From: a virus
Length of the DNA stretch: 64,000 nt
Direction: 5' to 3' (one strand)
Virus record (IMG/VR): IMGVR_UViG_3300027833_000017
The notes beneath the pieces were generated by a model. It was not told the DNA's origin. It searched no databases and saw only the letters and a list, made by a program, of their open reading frames with translations. Positions 9,396-17,738 of the stretch are shown one piece after another (positions within the stretch are counted from its first letter, which is position 1; the number at the start of each line of letters is the position of its first letter). Made by a program: the position numbers and the translations under genes.

Positions 9396-12300
9396 ATGAA
9401 GAATATAGGATTTTCAAGAATCGACTTTTGGAGTACCGGAAGTGCACAGAATACATCTAAGGGTACACTCGTAGCTAAGAATACTACTTGGGCTACTTCC
9501 AAAACTACATCTGAAAATAGAAATACTTCGAGAACTACTAACAAAGTACGAAATACTAGTCAATCCACGGTGACAACATGGATAACTACATGGGCAACTA
9601 GTAAATCGACAACAACAACTTTCAATACATCTCGTAGTACTAATACTGTATATGCAACTTCTAGATCAACGACAACATCGTGGACTACATCATGGAGCAC
9701 TTCTAGAGAAACATCTTTAGAAACTGATAGAACTACTACAACAACATGGTCGACTTCTAAAAACACGTCACAATCAACTGAGAGGGCTACAACTACTACA
9801 TGGACAACTAGTTGGACAACTAGTCAATCCACATTGTATCCTGTTGAAACAACCTGGAACACAAGTCAATCCACGTCTAGAAGTACAACTACATCATACA
9901 TTACATATTGGACAACTTCTTGGAATACAAGTAAATCAACGACAACTTCTTATATTACGACATATACAACGTCATGGTCAACTAATAGATCTACAACAAC
10001 AGTGTATAATACAACGTGGATCACTAGTCAAACGACAACAAGATCTACTAATCGCAGTACTACAACAACATTTAACACAAATCAGTCGACATCTAGATCA
10101 ACAACGACTACATATAATACAACTTGGATTACATCTCAGACAACTTCTAGAACCACTGAACATTCAACAACGACCACGTTTAGTACTAGTCAATCAACAT
10201 CTCGTTCGACAACAACGACATATAATACAACGTGGCTCACTAGTCAAACAACAAGTAAAGTAACTAGTAAATCGACAACTACAACTTTTAATACAAGTCA
10301 GTCAACAAGTAAATCTACAGTAACTACATGGACAACAACTTGGTCTACTAGTAAATCAACTTCTACGACAACGACTAAATCTACGACAACGACTTTTAAT
10401 ACAAGTCAGTCAACAAGTAAATCTACAGTAACTACATGGACAACAACTTGGTCTACTAGTAAATCAACGTCTAAGGCGACTAGTAAAAATACCACAACAA
10501 CATGGGTAACAAGTAGAGGAACAGAACATTCAACAACGACTACGTTTACAACAACATGGTCAACAAGTAAATCTACAACTACTACTTTTGACACAGCTTG
10601 GACTACTTCATGGAATACAACTAGATCAACGAATCGTTCTACAACAACTACGTTTAATACTAGTCAATCAACTTCGCACACCACAACAACTGCATGGACA
10701 ACTACTTGGGTAACAAGTCGAGGAACTAATAGAGGAACTAGTAGAAATACAACAACAACATTTGCAACTAGTAGAAGCACAGAGCATACGACAACAACTA
10801 CGTTTAATACAACATGGTCAACTAGTAAATCGACGACAACTACATGGACAACCACATTTGGTACAACCTTTAATACAAGTCAGTCAACGACTAAATCTAC
10901 AACAACTACATTTAATACAACGTGGTCAACTAGTAAATCTACTACAACTTCATGGACAACTTCATGGAACACAACTGTGTTGACTTCCAAATCAACGTCC
11001 AAAAACACAACGACTACGTTTAATACAACATGGTCAACTAGTAAATCTACCACAACAACATTTGCTACTAGTAAATCGACGACGACAACATTTAACACAA
11101 CTCAGTCTACTAGTAAGTCAACAACAACACAGTGGAACACAACTAAAGCAACAACGACGACGTGGAACACAACTAAAGAAACAACGACTGTATACAATAC
11201 ATCTTGGAATACAACTAAATCAACAACAACGACGTGGAACACGACTAAATCAACAACGACTACATGGAATACAAGTCAGTCTACAACGACTACATTTAAA
11301 ACAACATGGAATACAACTAAATCAACAACGACCGTATACAACACGACTAAATCAACAACGACTACATGGAATACAAGTCAGTCTACAACTACAGTGTTCA
11401 ATACATCTTGGAATACAACTAGATCAACGACGACGTCGTTCAACACGACTAAATCAACAACGACTACATGGAGTACAAGCCAGTCAACGGAGCATTCTAC
11501 CACAACAACATTTGCTACTAGTAAATCTACTACAACGACGTGGAACACAACTAAAGCAACAACGACTGTATACAATACATCTTGGAATACAACTAAATCA
11601 ACAACAACGACGTTCAACACGACTAAATCAACAACGACTACGTTTGGTACGTCTCAAGGAACTACTAGAAATACAACAACAACATTTGCAACTAGTAAAT
11701 CTACAACGACTACATGGAGTACTAGTAGAAGCACAGAGCATTCTACAACAACAACATTTGCTACTAGTAAATCGACAACAACAACATGGTCAACTAGTAA
11801 ATCGACGACAACTGCATGGACAACTTACTGGATCACTAGTAGAAATACAACAACAACATTTGCAACTAGTAGATCGACGACAACAACATTTGCAACTAGT
11901 AGATCTACTACAACGACGTACACGACCACTTTTTCAACTAGTAAATCTACTAATACTAGGTTTAATACGTCTAGGGTAACTGACAGAAATACAAGTCAGT
12001 CAACTATTACAAAGGTTTCTACAGGATATTCTAGATCAACAACTAAAGCAACATCATGGATTACTTTAGTTCCTGCAGATAATAGTTCAGGTGGTGGTGC
12101 AGGGCTTTTAACTTCCTGGAATACATCAGTTTCATATATCACAAGCTACAATACAGCAGTGTATGTCAACACATCTCGTGGAACATATAGAAACACACTA
12201 GCGGAATGTATAGTTGAAGGAACACTAGTACATATTGCTGAAGGAATACAAAGACCGGTTGAAGCGTTAGTATATGGTCAAAGTATTTTAACTATGGATG

Positions 12301-12758
12301 GAGCATTTAATACAGATGACATGACTGTATTACCAACAATTAGGGAAGAAGAAGTATACACAAATACATTATCTAATGAACATAGTATTGCCGGTATTTG
12401 GAGAGCAGACGTTATAGGAACAGTTAGTATAAATAATGACCAATTAAGAACTACCATGGCACATATACATATTATAAAAAGAGATGGTATGTGGCAAGCA
12501 AAACTAGCGGAGCACCTAGAGATTGGTGATGTTATGTTTAAAATGAATTATGGAGAATTTTTGATAGAATCTTTAGAAATAGATGAAGTTAATCAATATA
12601 CTGTTTATAAATTAGATGTAGAAGCTAATGATACATTCTTTGCAAATGGAATTTTAACACATAATAACAAAGAAGAACCGTGTGAGCCAGGTGATGCTTG
12701 TGATCCGCGTTCTATATGTTATTCTGAGCGTGACTGTGAGATGGAAGGTATAAAATAA
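9396..12758 (+). CDS. Thr-rich repeat (mucin-like) protein with C-terminal Hint domain (1120 aa)
   Basis: ~870 aa of TTTT(W/F/Y)(N/S)T(S/T)(K/R/Q)S repeats, then CIVEGT...TMAH...FFANGILTHN. Confidence 0.85.
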   Translation: MKNIGFSRIDFWSTGSAQNTSKGTLVAKNTTWATSKTTSENRNTSRTTNKVRNTSQSTVTTWITTWATSKSTTTTFNTSRSTNTVYATSRSTTTSWTTSWSTSRETSLETDRTTTTTWSTSKNTSQSTERATTTTWTTSWTTSQSTLYPVETTWNTSQSTSRSTTTSYITYWTTSWNTSKSTTTSYITTYTTSWSTNRSTTTVYNTTWITSQTTTRSTNRSTTTTFNTNQSTSRSTTTTYNTTWITSQTTSRTTEHSTTTTFSTSQSTSRSTTTTYNTTWLTSQTTSKVTSKSTTTTFNTSQSTSKSTVTTWTTTWSTSKSTSTTTTKSTTTTFNTSQSTSKSTVTTWTTTWSTSKSTSKATSKNTTTTWVTSRGTEHSTTTTFTTTWSTSKSTTTTFDTAWTTSWNTTRSTNRSTTTTFNTSQSTSHTTTTAWTTTWVTSRGTNRGTSRNTTTTFATSRSTEHTTTTTFNTTWSTSKSTTTTWTTTFGTTFNTSQSTTKSTTTTFNTTWSTSKSTTTSWTTSWNTTVLTSKSTSKNTTTTFNTTWSTSKSTTTTFATSKSTTTTFNTTQSTSKSTTTQWNTTKATTTTWNTTKETTTVYNTSWNTTKSTTTTWNTTKSTTTTWNTSQSTTTTFKTTWNTTKSTTTVYNTTKSTTTTWNTSQSTTTVFNTSWNTTRSTTTSFNTTKSTTTTWSTSQSTEHSTTTTFATSKSTTTTWNTTKATTTVYNTSWNTTKSTTTTFNTTKSTTTTFGTSQGTTRNTTTTFATSKSTTTTWSTSRSTEHSTTTTFATSKSTTTTWSTSKSTTTAWTTYWITSRNTTTTFATSRSTTTTFATSRSTTTTYTTTFSTSKSTNTRFNTSRVTDRNTSQSTITKVSTGYSRSTTKATSWITLVPADNSSGGGAGLLTSWNTSVSYITSYNTAVYVNTSRGTYRNTLAECIVEGTLVHIAEGIQRPVEALVYGQSILTMDGAFNTDDMTVLPTIREEEVYTNTLSNEHSIAGIWRADVIGTVSINNDQLRTTMAHIHIIKRDGMWQAKLAEHLEIGDVMFKMNYGEFLIESLEIDEVNQYTVYKLDVEANDTFFANGILTHNNKEEPCEPGDACDPRSICYSERDCEMEGIK
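12207..12665 (+). other. Hint (intein-like/BIL) autoprocessing domain, aa 938-1090
   Basis: Block A C-IVEGTLV, block B TTMAH, blocks F/G VYKLDVEANDTFFANGILTHN; no endonuclease; +1 residue is Asn. Confidence 0.85.
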
Positions 12759-12812
12759 GGTATAAAATGATTAAAGAATTTAAATATATAAAAAAACAAC
12801 AGAGATAGAGCT

Positions 12813-15635
12813 ATGCCTACTACTTTTTTTAATACTACTTGGTTAACCGCTGGATCTAGGAGCACGTTGAAGACGACTAGCTTTTCTCGAACAACTTCAT
12901 TATACACGTCATATAATAGGGCAACTTCTAGGAATACGGCAAAAACTACCTATTGGAATGTACTTACAGATAAATCTACTTCAACGGGGTGGACAACTAA
13001 AGTTACTACGACATGGTTCACAGATAAAAATACGACGACGACATATAATACAAGTAAGAGTACATCTAAGGCGACTACGACGACGTGGAATACATCTAAG
13101 GCGACTACGACGACGTGGAATACATCTAGAACAACCGAAACAAAGTGGAACACAAGTCAAGCTACATCTAGGGCGACAACAACAACATTTAATACAACAC
13201 GTGCAACCACGACTACATATAACACAACACGTGCAACCACGACTACATATAACACATCTTGGAATACATCACGCGCAACTACAACGACGTGGAACACAAC
13301 TAAAACAACGTTAACTTCGTGGACTACTTCGTGGAATACAACACGTGCAACCACAACAACATTTTCAACTAGTAGATCAACAACGACTACATTTAGTACA
13401 AGTCAGTCAACGGAGCATTCTACCACGACTACGTGGGCAACTAGTAAAGCAACAACGACGACGTGGAACACAACTAAAACAACAACGACTGTATACAATA
13501 CATCTTGGAATACAACTAAATCGACAACAACAACATGGTTAACTAGTAAAGCAACAACGACTACGTTTAGTACAAGTCAGTCAACGGAGCGTACAACCAC
13601 GACTACGTGGGCAACTAGTAAATCGACAACGACTACGTATAATACGTCTAAATCTACTACAACTACATTTGCAACTAGTAAGAATACAACGCGTACAACC
13701 ACGACTACGTGGGCAACTAGTAAATCGACAACGACTACGTTTAATACGTCTAAATCTACTACAACAACATTTATAACTAGTCAAAGCACAGAGCATACGA
13801 CAACAACTACGTTTAATACTAGTAAATCTACTACAACGACGTTTATAACTAGTAAATCTACTACAACTAATTGGACTACAAAATGGTCAACTAGTAAATC
13901 TACTACAACGACATGGAACACAACTAAAGCAACAACGACTACATGGAATACAAGTCAGTCAACTAGCAAATCCACTGTAACTACATGGACAACTTACTGG
14001 AACACCGTAAGAGGAACTAGTAGAGGAACTAATAAATCTACAACGACAACTTTTAATACAAGCCAGTCAACGAGTAAATCGACTACGACAACATTTACGA
14101 CAACCTGGTCAACATCAAGAAATACAACTAGATCAACTAGTAAATCGACTACGACAACATTTAATACAAGTCAGTCAACTTCTAGGTCAACTACTACGGT
14201 TTATAACACATCATGGAACACAACTAAAACAACGTTAACTTCGTGGACTACTTCATGGACTACCTCTTGGAACACAACCAGAGGCACGAATAAAACCACA
14301 ACAACAGTTTACAATACAACGTGGTCAACTAGCAAATCCACTGTAACTACATTTAATACTACTTGGATAACATCGCAAAATACAAAGAGATCTACTTCTA
14401 GAACAACGACTACTACTTTTAATACAAGTCAGTCAACTTCTAGGTCAACGACTACGTCCTATAACACATCTTGGAATACTACATTAATAACTGGAACTGT
14501 ATGGATTACATCGTGGGTGACAACGTTTAATACTAATCAGTCAACGACTAAATCTACAACAACTACATTTAATACAACGTGGTCAACTAGTAGAGCTACG
14601 ACGACGAGTTATACTACCTCATGGACAACGACGTTTAATACTAATCAGTCAACGACTAAATCTACAACAACTACATTTAATACAACGTGGTCAACTAGTA
14701 GAGCTACGACGACGAGTTATACTACCTCATGGACAACTTCATGGAACACGACTAGAGGAACAGAGCATGTGACTACTACAGTTTTTAACACATCATGGAA
14801 TACGACTAGAGCAACGACTACAGTTTACAATACATCATGGACAACTTCATGGAACACGACTAGAGGAACAGAACATTCAACAACGACTACGTTTACAACA
14901 ACATGGTCAACAAGTAAATCTACAGTAACTACGTTCAATACTTCATGGACTACTTCATGGAATACAACTAGGTCAACAGAGCATTCAACTACGACTACGT
15001 TTAATACGTCCCAGTCTACGAATCATGGAACGTCTCATTCGACAGTAACTATATGGAGTACATCCAGGGGAACTAATAGGGGAACAGAACATGCAACGAC
15101 AACTACATGGACAACAACTTGGGAAACTAGTAGAATTACAAACTATACGCGTACAACATCGTGGACTACACAATATCAAACTAGTAAGTCAACTATAACT
15201 ACATTTAATACAACTTGGTTGACAACGTTTAATACTAATCAGTCAACGACAACTTCATGGACTACATCATGGGTGACAACATTTAATACGTCTCAAACAA
15301 CGTCTAAAACGACTACGACTACATTTAATACAAGTCACTCGACTACGACCACATTTAATACGACTAGATCAACTACGACTACATTTAATACAAATGCAGC
15401 GACATCTAAATCGACAACGACTATATGGTCAACTATCTATAGTGTTACTACTTCGTGGAATACCGCATGGAACACAACAACAACGTGGAACACAACGAGA
15501 TCTACAACAAGTGCTATTACTACAACGTGGAGTACAGATTACGAAGTACAAGAAACTTGGTATTCAACTAACGAACCACTAAATGTTTATAATACAAATA
15601 GACAATGGAGAGTAAACAGTTATAATGGTAACTAG
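12813..15635 (+). CDS. Thr-rich repeat (mucin-like) protein, paralog lacking Hint (940 aa)
   Basis: Same ~10-aa Thr/aromatic repeat across nearly the whole length. Confidence 0.8.
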   Translation: MPTTFFNTTWLTAGSRSTLKTTSFSRTTSLYTSYNRATSRNTAKTTYWNVLTDKSTSTGWTTKVTTTWFTDKNTTTTYNTSKSTSKATTTTWNTSKATTTTWNTSRTTETKWNTSQATSRATTTTFNTTRATTTTYNTTRATTTTYNTSWNTSRATTTTWNTTKTTLTSWTTSWNTTRATTTTFSTSRSTTTTFSTSQSTEHSTTTTWATSKATTTTWNTTKTTTTVYNTSWNTTKSTTTTWLTSKATTTTFSTSQSTERTTTTTWATSKSTTTTYNTSKSTTTTFATSKNTTRTTTTTWATSKSTTTTFNTSKSTTTTFITSQSTEHTTTTTFNTSKSTTTTFITSKSTTTNWTTKWSTSKSTTTTWNTTKATTTTWNTSQSTSKSTVTTWTTYWNTVRGTSRGTNKSTTTTFNTSQSTSKSTTTTFTTTWSTSRNTTRSTSKSTTTTFNTSQSTSRSTTTVYNTSWNTTKTTLTSWTTSWTTSWNTTRGTNKTTTTVYNTTWSTSKSTVTTFNTTWITSQNTKRSTSRTTTTTFNTSQSTSRSTTTSYNTSWNTTLITGTVWITSWVTTFNTNQSTTKSTTTTFNTTWSTSRATTTSYTTSWTTTFNTNQSTTKSTTTTFNTTWSTSRATTTSYTTSWTTSWNTTRGTEHVTTTVFNTSWNTTRATTTVYNTSWTTSWNTTRGTEHSTTTTFTTTWSTSKSTVTTFNTSWTTSWNTTRSTEHSTTTTFNTSQSTNHGTSHSTVTIWSTSRGTNRGTEHATTTTWTTTWETSRITNYTRTTSWTTQYQTSKSTITTFNTTWLTTFNTNQSTTTSWTTSWVTTFNTSQTTSKTTTTTFNTSHSTTTTFNTTRSTTTTFNTNAATSKSTTTIWSTIYSVTTSWNTAWNTTTTWNTTRSTTSAITTTWSTDYEVQETWYSTNEPLNVYNTNRQWRVNSYNGN

Positions 15636-15653
15636 AAATAACTCAATTAATTT

Positions 15654-15683
15654 AAAAAGCATACTTAGGTATGCTTTTTTTTT
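15654..15683 (+). terminator. Intrinsic terminator
   Basis: aaaaagcatac-ttag-gtatgcttttttttt. Confidence 0.85.
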
Positions 15684-15710
15684 GCTCTAAAAATAAATGA
15701 GATAAATAAT

Positions 15711-15737
15711 TAAACAAACACAGGTTATTGTGTATAA
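15711..15737 (+). promoter_or_regulatory. Putative middle promoter TAAAC-N17-TATAA
   Basis: One of six upstream-of-gene copies with an exact 17-nt spacer. Confidence 0.6.
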
Positions 15738-15758
15738 CTATTAAATTACTTTTTATAT

Positions 15759-16670
15759 ATGGAAATGTTTAACAAAAAGGTGCTAAATGAAAGAATTGGG
15801 CCGCTAAAGAAAAATACAAAACTAGAACCACTCGAACAAGTGGAACGATATGTTTTAAGAAAATGTAGAGAACTAGGATTAGAACACAGTTATGATGTTA
15901 TAGCAGAAGAAATGCCGTACTTTAAAACAATGGGATATACAGAATATGCTACTTGTTTTTTAATGCAACCACTAAATCTCAAAATGAGAAGAGAACAAAT
16001 TGCTGATGCTTTAGTACATGATGTCGAACACGTCTATGATTGGGTATCTTACTTTAAAGAAAATATCGAAAAAGATCAAGCTAATAAATATCAAAATCGC
16101 AAGAAAGATTTCGACAGATATGAAGATAAAAGCACTTTGGTTATTTTACCAGGTTCAAATAAGCTTAAAGAAAATTGTTGTTTAAATAAATTAATTGAAG
16201 TTGCTGAGAAACATAAAGGTGATGTTTATTTTAAACCACATCCTATTACTACACATGCAGTTATAGGTGAAATTAAAGATTTATTTGGTGAAGAATCTAT
16301 TTTACCAAGAGACATAGATCTTTATTACTTTTTACAAAAAGCTAAAACAGTATATAGTACACACATTAGTGAAAGCGCATTATATTCTGTTGTTCTTGAA
16401 AAAGAAGTTTATCCAATGGATGTGTGGAATAATATAAGCAGAGGATCTTTTTATACTATAAACTCTAGTCTTTATGATAATAAAGAAAGCGGTGCAGAAT
16501 GGATTAATCAAGTTTTTTCTAGTTACAAATCTGGAATTATAAATCCAGCAATTGATGAAGATTGGAAGGGCAAAGTGGATGATTACATGAATTATATCTA
16601 TGAAAAAAGAGAATATTATAAGGGTTGGTTTATAGACGCTCCACCTAAAGTTAAAAGAAATAAGAACTAA
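15759..16670 (+). CDS. Putative glycosyltransferase, KpsC/KpsS (capsule synthesis)-like
   Basis: VYFKPHP motif then YFLQKAKTVYSTHISESALYSV, resembling the C-terminal GT-B domain of Kdo/sialyltransferases; heads the GT cluster. Confidence 0.5.
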   Translation: MEMFNKKVLNERIGPLKKNTKLEPLEQVERYVLRKCRELGLEHSYDVIAEEMPYFKTMGYTEYATCFLMQPLNLKMRREQIADALVHDVEHVYDWVSYFKENIEKDQANKYQNRKKDFDRYEDKSTLVILPGSNKLKENCCLNKLIEVAEKHKGDVYFKPHPITTHAVIGEIKDLFGEESILPRDIDLYYFLQKAKTVYSTHISESALYSVVLEKEVYPMDVWNNISRGSFYTINSSLYDNKESGAEWINQVFSSYKSGIINPAIDEDWKGKVDDYMNYIYEKREYYKGWFIDAPPKVKRNKN

Positions 16671-16680
16671 ATTATAAATT

Positions 16681-16707
16681 AAACCTACATTCGTGTGGGT
16701 TTTTTTT
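16681..16707 (+). terminator. Intrinsic terminator/attenuator
   Basis: aaacctaca-ttcg-tgtgggtttttttt. Confidence 0.7.
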
Positions 16708-16718
16708 GCTAGATTATA

Positions 16719-17738
16719 ATGAGAATATTATTTTATGCGGGTTATCAAAAAAACAAATTTGATAGCAATACCAGTATTGGATTAGCAGGAACTGAAATTG
16801 CTATAATTAATATAGCTAAAGAGATAGTTAAATTTGGTTATAAGGTTGTGGTTTCTGGTGAAGTAAAAGATTCTGGTTTAATTGATGGTGTAGAATGGAT
16901 ATCAACACATAATGTTCATGAAAAATATTTTGATCAGTTTGATTATATTATATCTGCAAGTTATATCCATTTTCTAAAAGAGTTTGAAGGGTATTCAGCA
17001 AAGAAAGTATTTTGGGCACATAATACACATCATCACCCATGGTGGAATCACAAAGTGTTAGGAGACGCAAACCTTTTAATACAACGAGTTGATCATACAA
17101 TTTGTTTGACTAATTGGCATAAGAATCATTGGGCACACACATATAATATACCTTTAAATAAAATCTCAGTGATTGGTAATGCCATTGATCCTTCGACATT
17201 TAATGGTACTCCTGAAAAAATAAAAGGTAAATTCATATATAGTTCTGCACCTGAACGTGGCTTATTAGAATTATTAAAAAACTGGCCAAAGATAAAAGAT
17301 ATAATGCCACATGCAACATTAGACATATATTCTCCAGGCTATTCTATAGCAAATCATACTGACTATTCATTTAATAAGTTTGAAGAAGTTACGTGTCATG
17401 GTACAGTAGATCAAGAAACATTACACGCTGCAATGTTACGTGCAGAATATTGGTGTTATGTAACTGATTATGAAGAAACATATTGTATTACTGCGCTTGA
17501 AATGCAATATGCCAAAGTATTACCTATTGTTACCAAGGTAGCAGCCTTAAAAGAGACTGTAAATAGTGGAGTTATCTTAGAAAGAAATGAAACAAATTGG
17601 AATCAGGTTATACAAATACTAGGTACACTAAGTAGTGGACTTAAAGATAAATCAATTAATGATGCTTATAAATGGTCTAAACAACAAACATGGAATGCCA
17701 GATCATATGATTGGAAAAACATATTAGAATCTATATGA
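16719..17738 (+). CDS. GT4-family glycosyltransferase
   Basis: GLAGTE N-terminal loop, YSSAPERGL, EETYCITALE (E-x7-E) motif. Confidence 0.85.
   Translation: MRILFYAGYQKNKFDSNTSIGLAGTEIAIINIAKEIVKFGYKVVVSGEVKDSGLIDGVEWISTHNVHEKYFDQFDYIISASYIHFLKEFEGYSAKKVFWAHNTHHHPWWNHKVLGDANLLIQRVDHTICLTNWHKNHWAHTYNIPLNKISVIGNAIDPSTFNGTPEKIKGKFIYSSAPERGLLELLKNWPKIKDIMPHATLDIYSPGYSIANHTDYSFNKFEEVTCHGTVDQETLHAAMLRAEYWCYVTDYEETYCITALEMQYAKVLPIVTKVAALKETVNSGVILERNETNWNQVIQILGTLSSGLKDKSINDAYKWSKQQTWNARSYDWKNILESI

Noticed and set aside
12207-12665. Mobile canonical intein
   Set aside because: No homing endonuclease, no Cys/Ser/Thr at +1, and not inserted in a conserved enzyme
9560-15582. Val-rich minus-strand and Gln/Arg-rich plus-strand ORFs
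   Set aside because: Shadows of ACN-rich Thr codons
9396-15635. Possible CRISPR array from ~30-bp periodicity
   Set aside because: Repeats are degenerate at wobble positions, in frame and without unique spacers; no cas genes
9396-15635. InaZ-type ice nucleation protein
   Set aside because: No AGYGSTxT octapeptide; ice binding is kept only as a hypothesis
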